55,144 nucleotides of DNA from Gemmatimonadales bacterium (GTDB lineage: Bacteria > Gemmatimonadota > Gemmatimonadetes > Gemmatimonadales > GWC2-71-9). Under the pieces are notes generated by a model. That model was given only the letters and a program-made list of their open reading frames with translations, ran no database searches and was not told the DNA's origin. Where the stretch lies: the NCBI GenBank assembly GCA_036270795.1, contig DATBBW010000053.1, positions 1 to 55,144 on the forward strand, written 5' to 3'. Within the stretch, counting starts at the first letter, position 1; each line of letters begins with the position of its first letter. Position numbers and translations under genes: made by a program. This document shows, one piece after another, positions 7,681 through 17,700 of the stretch.

Positions 7681-9195
7681 GTGATCGCGCCGGAATCCCT
7701 GCTCCAGGGCCTGCAGCAAGCGCTTGCGGGTCGCTACGTGCTGGAGCGTCCCCTGGGACGCGGCGGCATGAGCATCGTGTACCTCGCCCGCGAGGTCCGA
7801 CTCGATCGTCTCGTGGCGATCAAACTCCTGCCCCCCGCTCAGGCGGCGATCCCCGCGGCGCGCGCGCGATTTCTGCGCGAAGCCCGCACCGCCGCCGGGC
7901 TCTCGCACCCGAACATCGTGCCGATTTTTGCGGTGCACGAGGTGGGGGCGTTCGTCTGTTTTGCGATGGCGTACGTCGCGGGTGAGACCCTGGGCCAGCG
8001 CGTGCGCGGGTCGGGGCCGCTGGGCGTGTCCGAGGCCGCCCGGGTGCTCCGGGAAGTGGCGAGGGCGCTCGACCACGCGCATGCGCACGGGATCGTGCAT
8101 CGCGATGTGAAGCCCGACAACATCTTACTCGACCGCGTGGCGGGCCACGCGCTCGTCTCGGATTTCGGAATCGCCCACGCGAGTTCGGACAGCGCGACGA
8201 CGGGCTCTCGGCAACTCGGGACCGCCGACTTCATGAGCCCGGAACAGGCGAGTGGCGCGCCGGTCGACGCGCGGAGCGACATCTATTCACTCGGTGTGGT
8301 GGGGTTCTACGCCTTGTCGGGGTCGCTCCCGTTCGCCGGGGCCGACGCGATGACCGTGCTCGCGCGGCACGTGACTGATCCACCCCCCACGCTGGCGTCG
8401 GTCGCGCCGGCGACGCCCCGCCGTCTGGCCCGCGTGATCGATCGGTGTCTCATCAAGGATCCCGCCGCGCGGTTCCCGAATGCGGCGGTGCTGGCGACGG
8501 CGATCGCCCGCGCCGTCGGGGAAGGCGAGGCCCCAGCGGTCGCCGTGCGGGCGTTCGTGACGCAGAGCGAGCGTGTCGTGCCCGTGGCGCTGGTGTACGG
8601 GGCCTTCGCGGGTGTGGCGCTGCCCCTCCTGGGGCTGCATGCCTTCGGGTTCCCCCGGCATCGGTCGCGCGCTCCCGACCTGGCAGCTGCCCTGGTGATC
8701 GTCGCCCTGCCGCTCGCGGTGCTCGTGGCGCGCGTGCGCCGGCTGCTGGCGGCGGGGTTCGATCGCGCCGACCTGGCCGGCGCCCTGGAGGAAAAGAGCG
8801 AGGGCCGGCGCGAGGAGCTCGCGTTTCTCTACGGCGAAGGGGCGTCGCCGCTGGAGCACGCCCTCCGCTGGGTGTCCTATGGTGCGCTGGCGGTGGCGGC
8901 GGGGCTCGTCGCCGGTGCCGACCGGGTCACCGTCCTGGGATTCGCGTCCCTCGTCCCGACGCTGTTCCGGATCGCGGCGGCGGTGAGCGTGCTCGCGGCC
9001 GTAGCCGCGCGGGCACGCACGGAACACCGCACCGACCCCCGCACGGAACGGCGGCGACGCTTCTGGAACGGGTTGGGGGGCCGCGCGCTGTTCGCCGTCG
9101 CGGGGCTGGGACGCAAGCGCACCAGCCCGCCGAGTGCGCTGGGGATCCACCAGGCAGGAAGCGCCGCCCCCCCCACCCCCACCCCCACCTTCTAG
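7681..9195 (+). CDS. Ser/Thr protein kinase (Hanks type) with a polytopic membrane C-terminal domain
   Basis: GTG start. Contains the glycine loop LGRGGMSIVY, VAIK lysine, catalytic loop HRDVKPDNILL, DFG and SPE motifs. Residues from about 285 to the end contain several hydrophobic helices. Confidence 0.9.
   Translation: MIAPESLLQGLQQALAGRYVLERPLGRGGMSIVYLAREVRLDRLVAIKLLPPAQAAIPAARARFLREARTAAGLSHPNIVPIFAVHEVGAFVCFAMAYVAGETLGQRVRGSGPLGVSEAARVLREVARALDHAHAHGIVHRDVKPDNILLDRVAGHALVSDFGIAHASSDSATTGSRQLGTADFMSPEQASGAPVDARSDIYSLGVVGFYALSGSLPFAGADAMTVLARHVTDPPPTLASVAPATPRRLARVIDRCLIKDPAARFPNAAVLATAIARAVGEGEAPAVAVRAFVTQSERVVPVALVYGAFAGVALPLLGLHAFGFPRHRSRAPDLAAALVIVALPLAVLVARVRRLLAAGFDRADLAGALEEKSEGRREELAFLYGEGASPLEHALRWVSYGALAVAAGLVAGADRVTVLGFASLVPTLFRIAAAVSVLAAVAARARTEHRTDPRTERRRRFWNGLGGRALFAVAGLGRKRTSPPSALGIHQAGSAAPPTPTPTF
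9167..9189 (-). repeat. C8-A-C5-A-C5-A-CC tract (G-tracts on the minus strand) at the convergent kinase/aminotransferase junction
   Basis: Read directly: ccccccccacccccacccccacc, ending 6 nt before the kinase stop. The aminotransferase stop is 1 nt beyond the kinase stop. Confidence 0.6.
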
Positions 9196-9196
9196 T

Positions 9197-10360
9197 TCAC
9201 CTCCGCGCGGGGTGGTGCACGCGCGCGAGCCGGTCCGCGGCCTCCCGGAGGAGCGTCTCGGTTTTGCAGAACGCGAACCGCACCAGCCGCCGCCCCAGCT
9301 CCGGCCGCGAGTAAAAGCTCGAGCCCGGCACTGGAGCGACCCCGATCTCTTGTGTGAGCCAGGCGGCGAAGCGGTCGTCGGGGAGCTCGGAGATGGCGGA
9401 GAAGTCGGCGAGGATGTAATAGGCGCCCTCGGGCGGCGTGCAGCGGAACCCGGCGGCGAGAAGCGCCTGGTGTAGCAGGTCGCGCCGCGCGCGGTACTCG
9501 CGCACCAGCCGGGTGTAGTAGTCAGGCCCCAGCGTCTCGAGCCCTGCGGCGACCGCCTCCTGGAGCGGGGCCGGCGCGCCGACCGTGAGGAAGTCGTGCA
9601 CCTTGCGGATCGCGTCGCTCGCCGCCGACGGCGCGACGATCGTGCCGACGCGCCATCCCGTCACACTGAACGTCTTTGAGGCGCCGCTGATCGTGATCGT
9701 CCGCTCGCGCATCCCCGGGAGCGTGGCGATCGGCACATGCCGCCCTTCGTAGTAAATGTGCTCGTAGATCTCGTCGGTGACCGCATACGCGTCGTGCCGC
9801 TGGCACAGCTCCGCGATCGCCTCGAGCTCGCGGCGCGTCAACACCCGGCCGGTCGGATTGTTCGGGGTGCACGCGATGATCGCGCGGGTGCGCGGCGAAA
9901 ACGCGGCCGCCAGCCGCTCCAGGTCCAGCTCCGCCCCGGCCGCGAGCGGCACGTAGACGGGCCGGGCGCCGCACAGGATCGTGTCCGGGCCGTAGTTCTC
10001 GTAGAACGGCTCGAACACGATCACCTCGTCTCCCGGGTCGACGAGCGCGAGCAGCGCCGCGGCCATGGCCTCGGTGGCGCCGCAGGTGACGGTGACTTCC
10101 GTCTCGGGGTTTATGGCCATGCCGTAACACTCGGCGTACTTCCGGGCGAGGGCGTCCCGCAGCCGCTTCGTGCCCCAGGTGATGGCGTACTGGTTGACGT
10201 CGTCGCGGATCGCGCGTGCCGCGGCCTCCTTGAGAACGTCAGGGGCGGGAAAGTTGGGGAACCCTTGGGCGAGGTTGATGGCCCCGTGCTCGCTCGCGAG
10301 CCGGGTCATGCCGCGGATCACCGATTCGGTGAACCCCTGGGTGCGCTGGGCGGTGTGCAT
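9197..10360 (-). CDS. Pyridoxal-phosphate-dependent aminotransferase, class I/II (YbdL/kynurenine-type methionine aminotransferase family)
   Basis: 387-aa ORF with NLAQGFPNFP near the N-terminus and the PLP-lysine context SGASKTFSVTGWRVG. Confidence 0.9.
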   Translation of the reverse strand: MHTAQRTQGFTESVIRGMTRLASEHGAINLAQGFPNFPAPDVLKEAAARAIRDDVNQYAITWGTKRLRDALARKYAECYGMAINPETEVTVTCGATEAMAAALLALVDPGDEVIVFEPFYENYGPDTILCGARPVYVPLAAGAELDLERLAAAFSPRTRAIIACTPNNPTGRVLTRRELEAIAELCQRHDAYAVTDEIYEHIYYEGRHVPIATLPGMRERTITISGASKTFSVTGWRVGTIVAPSAASDAIRKVHDFLTVGAPAPLQEAVAAGLETLGPDYYTRLVREYRARRDLLHQALLAAGFRCTPPEGAYYILADFSAISELPDDRFAAWLTQEIGVAPVPGSSFYSRPELGRRLVRFAFCKTETLLREAADRLARVHHPARR

Positions 10361-10413
10361 CGGACAGCGGCGCTAGCGCGCGGGCGTCGGGGTAGGGACG
10401 AGCACGGCGCTCG

Positions 10414-11574
10414 CTACTTCAAGAGCTGCTTGGCGATGGTGTTCAGCTGCATGTTGCTCGTCCCCTCGTAGATCGCCCCGATTTTCGCGTCGCGATAGAA
10501 CTTCTCGACCGGGTATTCCTTCGTGTAGCCGTACCCACCGAACAGCTCGAGCGCGAGCGACGTCACCCGTTCGGCCACCTGCGAGGCGAACAACTTCGCC
10601 ATCGCGGCCTGCATCGTATACGGCTGGCCGATCTCCTCGAGCCGCGCCGCGTTGTAGACGAGGAGCCGCGCCGCCTCGAGCTCGGTCGCCGCCTGGGCCA
10701 GCTGGAATTGCACCGCCTGGAACTCGGCGATGGGGTGTCCGAACTGCGTGCGCTCCCGCACGTACTTGAGGGCGGCCGTGAGCGCGCCCCGCGCGACGCC
10801 AATCATCTGCGCCCCGATCCCGATCCGCCCGGTGTTCAGGGTCTCAATCGCCACCTTGTAGCCCTTCCCCACGGCGCCGACCACGTTCGCCGCCGGTACC
10901 TCGCAGTGCTCGAGGATCAGTTCACAGGTGCTCGAGGCGCGGATGCCGAGCTTGTCTTCCTTCTTGCCGACCGCGAAGCCCGGGAAGCCGCGCTCCACGG
11001 CGAACGCCGTGATTCCCTTGTAGCCCTGCGCGAAGTCCGCGTTCGCGAAGATGATGAACAGCCCGGCCTCCGCGCCATTCGTAATCCACAGTTTGCGCCC
11101 GTCGAGAATCCACGCGTCGCCGCGGGGCGTGGCCCGCGTTTCGAGCCCGAAGGCGTCCGACCCCGATGCCGGCTCGGACAGCGCGTAAGCGCCGAGCAGC
11201 TCGGCGGCGAGGCGCGGGAGGTAGCGCCGCTGCAGCTCGTCGCTCGCCCACTTGCGCAAGAGCGCGTTGACCAGCGTGTTCTGGACGTCGACGAAGATCG
11301 CCACGGACGCGTCGACCGCCGAGAGCTCTTCTACCGCGAGGACGGTCATCAGCAGCTGCCCGCCGGCGCCGCCGTGTTGCTCCGGGATCTCGATCCCCAT
11401 GAGGCCCAGCTCGAAGCACCTGGCGAGCAGGGCTGGATCCATCGCGGCGGCTCGCTCCATCCCCGCGACGCGCGGCCCGACTTCGCGGGCGGCGAAGTCA
11501 CGGACGGTGTCCCGAAACAGCTCCTCCTCCTCGGACAGCTTGGTGAGCGGGGCCGTCAGCGCAACCGCGGGCAT
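10414..11574 (-). CDS. Acyl-CoA dehydrogenase (short/branched-chain type)
   Basis: Trimmed to the ATG at 11574 (MPAVALTAPLTKLSEEEELFRD). Shows typical ACAD N, middle and C domains and ends ..AKIGAIYEGTSNMQLNTIAKQLLK. Confidence 0.9.
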   Translation of the reverse strand: MPAVALTAPLTKLSEEEELFRDTVRDFAAREVGPRVAGMERAAAMDPALLARCFELGLMGIEIPEQHGGAGGQLLMTVLAVEELSAVDASVAIFVDVQNTLVNALLRKWASDELQRRYLPRLAAELLGAYALSEPASGSDAFGLETRATPRGDAWILDGRKLWITNGAEAGLFIIFANADFAQGYKGITAFAVERGFPGFAVGKKEDKLGIRASSTCELILEHCEVPAANVVGAVGKGYKVAIETLNTGRIGIGAQMIGVARGALTAALKYVRERTQFGHPIAEFQAVQFQLAQAATELEAARLLVYNAARLEEIGQPYTMQAAMAKLFASQVAERVTSLALELFGGYGYTKEYPVEKFYRDAKIGAIYEGTSNMQLNTIAKQLLK

Positions 11575-11591
11575 GGTGCCGCCAATGTAGT

Positions 11592-11996
11592 CTATCGATC
11601 CTTGAGTCGCCGCACGAACTTCAGGCCTGACCACACGTCGTCCACCGCCGCCACCTTGACGTCCACCAGCCCCTGCGCGAGCCCGATCGTGCGGATGACG
11701 TCCTCCGTGAGATCGGTCGGTACGCCGGACGCCCGCTTCGGCCAAGAGATCCACAACATTCCGGCCGGGGCGAGGGCGCGGGCCAGGGCCCTAAAGCGGC
11801 GCTCCAAGGTCGCCCGTTCGCGGGCGAAGTATTGAATGAAATCGAGCGGGCCCGAGAGGCGGTCCCGGCGCGTCACCGGCTGGGGCAGCCGGCCCAGCGT
11901 GCGCTCGTAGGCCGGGGGCGCGTGGAGGATGGCGATCGTGAGCCCGGGCTTGAGGCCGAGCTTCCCGACGAGCGGTTTCCCCGAGTAGCCGGCCAT
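11592..11996 (-). CDS. Small conserved hypothetical protein (DUF3052-like by recollection)
   Basis: 134-aa ORF, GC3-rich and tightly packed between neighbouring genes. The GKLGLKPG...LWISWPKRASGVPTDL pattern is recalled as DUF3052-like; not verified. Confidence 0.55.
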   Translation of the reverse strand: MAGYSGKPLVGKLGLKPGLTIAILHAPPAYERTLGRLPQPVTRRDRLSGPLDFIQYFARERATLERRFRALARALAPAGMLWISWPKRASGVPTDLTEDVIRTIGLAQGLVDVKVAAVDDVWSGLKFVRRLKDR

Positions 11997-12039
11997 TACC
12001 GGCGCCGTCTCATGCGCCCCGGGGTGCCCCCCCCAGCCG

Positions 12040-13047
12040 TCACGGTTTCTTCTCAGACGGCGGCCCGGCCAGCATCTCGCGGATGCCGCCCAGCGACGAC
12101 AGCACCGCGGTGGCCTCGTATGGCAAGTAGACCACCTTGTTGTTCTGCCCCGAGACCATTTCCTTCAGCGCTTCGATGTAGCGGATCGCGATGAGGTAGC
12201 GCGCCGGGTCGCCGCCCGTGCCCTTGATCGCGCCGGTGATGCGCTCGATCGCCTGGGCCTCGGCGTCGGCCACCTTGAGCCGCGCGGCAGCCTCGGCGTC
12301 CGCCGCGAGAATCCGCGCCTGCTTCTCCCCCTCGGCCTTGTTGATCTCGGACTGCCGGATGCCTTCGGCCTGCAGAATGCGGGACTGTTTCTCCGCCTCG
12401 GCGGTGAGGATGGCAGCCCGCCGATCCCGCTCGGCGCGCATCTGCTTCTCCATCGCATCCCGGATGTCGCGCGGCGGGTTGATGTCCTTGAGCTCCACCC
12501 GGCTGACCTTGGCCCCCCACTTGTGGGTCGCCTCGTCGAGGATTGCGCGGAGCTTGGCGTTGATCGTATCGCGGGAGGAGAGTACGTGGTCTAGTTCCAT
12601 CTCGCCGATCACATTGCGCAGCGTCGTCTGCGTGAGCTTCTCGATCGCGTCGGGCAGGTTGGCGATCTCGTAGGTGGCACGGACGGGGTCGGTGATCTGG
12701 GAATAGATGAGCGCGTCGATCTCCACCACCACGTTGTCTTTTGTGATGACATTCTGGCGCGGAAACACGTACACCGTCTCGCGCAGGTCGATCTTGTCGG
12801 TGCGGAAATGGCGCGCGAACGAGTCGCCCGCCGGCGTCACGATCACCTGATGCCAGTCGATGGCGCGCGGCTTGTCGATGATCGGGATGATCAGATTAAC
12901 GCCGGAGGACAGGGTGCGGTGGTATCGCCCGAGTCGCTCGATGATCATCGTCTGCGCTTGCTGGACGATGCGGATGCCGCGCGCGACGATCGAGATCGCG
13001 AACAGCGCGATCGCCGCGGGGACGATGTACGCGCCGAGGTTGTCCAT
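12040..13047 (-). CDS. SPFH/band-7 domain protein, stomatin-like (QmcA/PHB type)
   Basis: 335-aa ORF with an N-terminal TM helix, then the SPFH core (IVQQAQTMIIERLGRYHRTL...) and a coiled-coil tail (AEREKQ-type repeats). It lies directly downstream of nfeD. Confidence 0.9.
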   Translation of the reverse strand: MDNLGAYIVPAAIALFAISIVARGIRIVQQAQTMIIERLGRYHRTLSSGVNLIIPIIDKPRAIDWHQVIVTPAGDSFARHFRTDKIDLRETVYVFPRQNVITKDNVVVEIDALIYSQITDPVRATYEIANLPDAIEKLTQTTLRNVIGEMELDHVLSSRDTINAKLRAILDEATHKWGAKVSRVELKDINPPRDIRDAMEKQMRAERDRRAAILTAEAEKQSRILQAEGIRQSEINKAEGEKQARILAADAEAAARLKVADAEAQAIERITGAIKGTGGDPARYLIAIRYIEALKEMVSGQNNKVVYLPYEATAVLSSLGGIREMLAGPPSEKKP

Positions 13048-13050
13048 GCC

Positions 13051-13488
13051 TCACATCTCCTTGTCCACGTACAGGGTCGCGCCCTCCACCCGCACGACCA
13101 TGACCCGGATGCCTGGCTCGAGGGGAGTGTCCATGAGTGAAGCGGCGCGCCAGTCTTCGCCCTCGACCAGGACCCGCCCCTTCCCCGTCTCCGGGTCGAT
13201 GCGTTCCGACACGATCGCCACCTTGCCCGCCAGGGCGTCCACGTTGGTCTTGATCCCGCCCGAGCGGCGGTGCAGGTACTTGAGGAGGACGGGTCGGATC
13301 CCGATGAGCGACAGGAGCGTGCCGGCCGCGAAGCTCAGCACCGGCACGAGCACCCCGGGCACGACGAGCGACACAAGGCCGGCCGCGAGGCAGCCGACGG
13401 CGACCGACAGGAGCCAGAAGCCCGGCGCGACCATCTCGGCCACGCACAGGAGCAACGCGGCGACCAGCCACACCTGCCATGCGTGCAC
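13051..13488 (-). CDS. NfeD family membrane protein (stomatin operon partner)
   Basis: 145 aa with hydrophobic N-terminal helices and a C-terminal OB-fold-like segment (GKGRVLVEGEDWRA...). There is a 3-nt gap to the stomatin gene, matching the canonical nfeD-stomatin arrangement. Confidence 0.85.
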   Translation of the reverse strand: MHAWQVWLVAALLLCVAEMVAPGFWLLSVAVGCLAAGLVSLVVPGVLVPVLSFAAGTLLSLIGIRPVLLKYLHRRSGGIKTNVDALAGKVAIVSERIDPETGKGRVLVEGEDWRAASLMDTPLEPGIRVMVVRVEGATLYVDKEM

Positions 13489-13669
13489 GGGAGTCCCTCC
13501 CGGGGGGACCTGACCCCGGGGAAGTTAGCGCGCCGCGGGGACGCCTGGTAAGGCGATACAACCTTGCACCGGGCTCGCCCATCCAACTCGATATCGCATG
13601 CCCCGGAACCTGCCGCGCGCGGCGGCCGTAAGGCGCCTAAGCGCGTCCCCGTCCAGAGGAGGGCCTCCC

Positions 13670-14740
13670 ATGAAACGTGTGTGGATCCTGATACTCGGTG
13701 CCGTGCCGGTCATCGCGAGCGCCCAGCAACCCGAGCGGTACGTGGTCTCGGGCGACGCCGTCGCGGTGTACAACCTCGCGGGCGTCTTGCGGGTCGAGGC
13801 GGGGTCGGGCTCCGACGTCGTGGTCGAGGTGACGCGCGGCGGCGCCGACCGGGCGCGGCTCCGCGTTGAGACGGGACCGTTGCGCGACCGCGCGACGCTC
13901 CGCGTCATCTACCCGGGCGACGACATCGTGTACCGCGCCCTGGGCCGCGGATCGAACACGACGCTCGACGTGCGGGACGACGGCACCTTCAACGATGACC
14001 ACGACCGCCGCGGGGGGCACGCCCGGCGCTACCCCGCCGGCCGGCGCGTGCGGATCTCAGGATCCGACGATGGCCTCGACGCCTATGCCGATGTCCACAT
14101 CGCGGTGCCGGCGGGGAAGCGCCTCGAGGTCTACCTGGGCGTCGGGCGGGCGTTCGTCGCCAACGTGGCGGGCGAGTTGCGCCTCGACGTCGCGGCCGCG
14201 GACGTGACGGCGGACCACACCAAGGGCTCGTTGCGCATCGACACGGGGTCGGGGGACGTGCGCTTGAGCGACGCGGAGGGCACGGTCGGCCTCGACACGG
14301 GGTCGGGCAACGTGGCCGTCGCGGGCATGCGCGGGCACAGTCTCGCGCTCGATACGGGGTCCGGCGACGTCACCGCAGAGCAAGTCGCCGCCGACGATCT
14401 TCGGATCGACACCGGCTCGGGGGGGGTCACGGCTTCCGCGATCCGCTCGCCCGTGGTGAGCATCAGCACGGGGAGCGGCGATGTGCGCCTCGCCCTCGAG
14501 TCGGACGTCGGGTCGCTCGACGTGGACACGGGCTCCGGGGATGTGACGGTCACCGTGCCGCCGAGCGCCGGCGCGCACGTGGACGTGGGGACGGGCAGCG
14601 GGGAAATCGACTTCCAAGGCGTGGCCCTCAAGGTGACGCGTCTCGAGAAGGCCCACGTCGTGGGCGAGATGGGAGACGGCAAGGGCCGCCTCAAGATCGA
14701 GACGGGCTCGGGCGAGGTACGCTTGGTCCGGGGCCGCTAG
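13670..14740 (+). CDS. Secreted DUF4097-like repeat protein (putative beta-helix / adhesin-like)
   Basis: ORF trimmed to the ATG at 13670 (MKRVWILILGAVPVIASAQQ signal peptide) with ggagga 8-14 nt upstream. Eight repeats of the xDTGSGDVxx motif occupy the C-terminal half. Confidence 0.75.
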   Translation: MKRVWILILGAVPVIASAQQPERYVVSGDAVAVYNLAGVLRVEAGSGSDVVVEVTRGGADRARLRVETGPLRDRATLRVIYPGDDIVYRALGRGSNTTLDVRDDGTFNDDHDRRGGHARRYPAGRRVRISGSDDGLDAYADVHIAVPAGKRLEVYLGVGRAFVANVAGELRLDVAAADVTADHTKGSLRIDTGSGDVRLSDAEGTVGLDTGSGNVAVAGMRGHSLALDTGSGDVTAEQVAADDLRIDTGSGGVTASAIRSPVVSISTGSGDVRLALESDVGSLDVDTGSGDVTVTVPPSAGAHVDVGTGSGEIDFQGVALKVTRLEKAHVVGEMGDGKGRLKIETGSGEVRLVRGR

Positions 14741-14758
14741 CGCGCCGGCCCGCGCGCG

Positions 14759-17700
14759 TCAATCCGCCGGCGCCGCCTGGGGCAACGCTTGTCCCCCCGC
14801 GGCCGCCCGACCGAGCCGGCTCCGCCCCAGCCATTGCTGCAGCGCGTCCATGTAGAGGTAGATCACCGGCGTCACGTACAGGGTGATCAACTGCGAAAAC
14901 GCGAGCCCGCCGACGACGGCAATCCCCAGCGGGCGCCGCGACTCGGAACCCGTGCCCACGCCGAGCGCGATAGGCAGCGTTCCCATGAGCGCCGCCATCG
15001 TCGTCATCATGATCGGCCGGAACCGGATGCTGCACGCCTGCAGAATCGCCTCCGTCGGCGACTTGCCGGCGGTGCGCTGCGCTTCCAGCGCGAAGTCGAT
15101 CATCATGATCCCATTCTTCTTCACGAGCCCGACGAGCATGATCACGCCGACGAACGCGTACACGCTGAGCTCCACCCGGAAGATGAGCAGCGTGAGCAAC
15201 GCGCCGAACGCGGCGAACGGCAGCGCCGAGAGGATCGTGATGGGGTGGATGAAGCTCTCGTACAGAATGCCGAGCACCAGGTAAATCACGAGCACGGCGA
15301 GGACGAGCAGGAACAGCAGGCCGGACTGGCTCGACTGGAACGCTTGCGCGGTGCCCGAGAAGCTCGGCGTGATGGTGGAGGGAAGAGTCTGCCTCGCGAC
15401 GCGCTGCACGTCGGCGACCGCCGCCCCAATGGACACGCCGGGCTTCAAGTCGAACGACACGGTGACGGAGGGGAGCTGCCCCGCGTGGTTGACCGTCAGG
15501 GGTCCGACCGTTGAGGTCAGGGTGGCGAGCGAGGCCAGCGGCACGAGCGGGCCCGTGCGCGAGCGGATGTACAGCAGGTTCAGGGCGGAGAGGTCCTGTT
15601 GGTATTGCGGCAGGAGCTCCATCACGACCCAGTACTGGTTGGTCGGGGTGTAGATCGTCGACACCTGGCGTGACCCGTAGGCATTGTACAGGGCCTGCTC
15701 AACCTGCTCGGCGGTCACGCCGAGCGCGGCCGCGCGGTCGCGGTTGATGCTCACCGTGGCCTGGGGGCTCGAGATCTGCATATCGGTCGTCACGTTCACG
15801 AGCCCGGGGAGTCCGCCCAGGTGCGCCGCCAGCTGGTTGGCGTTGGCGTACAGCACCTGGATATCGGGGCTCTGGAGCGTGAACTGATACTGGCTCTTCG
15901 CGAGCCGCCCGCCGATGCGAATGGGCGGCGGGTTTTGCAAGAACACCTGGATGCCCGGGATCCCGGCCAGCTTGACGTTGAAGTAGCGGATCAGCTCATC
16001 CACGCTCATGGCGCGCTGGGAGCGGGGCTTGAGCTGCATAAACACGCGCCCCTGGTTGATCTGGCCGCCACCCAAGAAAGACATCATGCCGTCGACACTG
16101 GGATCCTGCTGCAGGATCGCCATGACCTGCAGCTGGTGGTGGACGAGGTCGTCGAAGGACGTGCCCTGCACCGTCTCCGTCGTCCCGAAGATCTGGGAAC
16201 TGTCCTCGCTCGGCAGGAAGCCTTTCGGGACGATGGCGAAGAGGACGCCCGTCGCCACCAGAATGGCAATGGAGAACGCCAACGCCGCGCCGCGGCGCTG
16301 CATGACCCAGGCGAGGGTGGCCTCGTAGAAGCCGAGGACGCGCTGGTACACGCGCTCCGACGCGGCGTAGAACCGGCCGTGGTGGGCCTCGCGCGCCGGT
16401 TTGAGGAACCGGCTGCACAACATGGGGGTCAGCGTCAGCGAGACCGCACCGGACACCAGGATGGCGGCCCCGATCGTTACCGCGAACTCATGGAACAGTC
16501 GCCCGATGATGCCGCCCATGAACAGCACCGGGATGAACACGGCGGCGAGCGACAGCGTCATCGACAGGATGGTGAACCCCACCTCGCGCGACCCGGCGAA
16601 GGCCGCCTCCATGGCCGGGGTCCCCTGCTCCATGTGCCGCACGATGTTTTCCAGCATCACGATGGCGTCATCGACCACGAACCCGACTGACAGCGTCAGC
16701 GCCATCATCGAGAGGTTGTCGAGACTGTAGTCGAGCCCATACATCACGGCAAAGGTGCCCACCAGCGAGAAGGGCAGGGCCAGGCTCGGAATGACCGTCG
16801 CCGAGAGGTTGCGCAGGAACAGGAAGATGACCAGGACGACGAGCGCCAACGTCAAGAACAGCGTGAATTGGACGTCCGCGAGCGAGGCGCGGATCGAGTC
16901 CGAGCGGTCGAACCGCAGCTGGAGGTCCACCGACCCTGGGAGCAGCTGCTTCAGGCTCTCCATGACGACGCGCACCCGACCCGCGACGGCGACCGTGTTG
17001 GCGCCCGGCTGGCGCTGGATGGCGAGGACGATCGAGCGACTGCCGTTATACCACGCGGCACTCTTGTTGTCCTGCACGTCGTCCAACACCTGGCCGACGT
17101 CCTGCAGGCGCACCGGCGCGCCGTCGTGGAACGCGACGACGAGCGACCGGAACGCGGCCGCATCCTCCAACTGGCCGTTCGCCTGCACGGTGTAGGCGCG
17201 ATGCGGCCCCCACAGGGTGCCGGTCGGCAGGTTCACGTTGCCGGCCGCCACCCCGTTCGCCACGTCGTCGATCCCGAGCGAGCGGGTCGCGAGGGCCTTG
17301 GGATCGAGCTGGATGCGGACCGCGTACTTGGCGGCGCCGTAGACGTTCACCTGCGCCACGCCGTCCACGGTCGACAGGCGCTGCGCGATGAACGTCTCGG
17401 CGTACTCGTCCAGCGCCGGCAACGACAACGTCTTCGAGCTCATCGCATAGTAAACGATCGGCTGGTCGGCCGGATTCACCTTTTGGTACGAGGGCGGGAG
17501 GATGCCGGACGGGAGCAGCCGCAGCGTCTTGGAGATCGCCGCCTGCACGTCCTGCGCGGCGGCGTCGATGTTCCGGTCGAGCGTGAACTGCAGCGTGATG
17601 TTCGTGTTGCCGAGGGTCGACGAGGAGGTCATCTGGTCCACCCCGGCGATCGTCGAGAACTGCTTCTCGAGCGGCGTCGCCACGGCCGACGCCATCGTCT

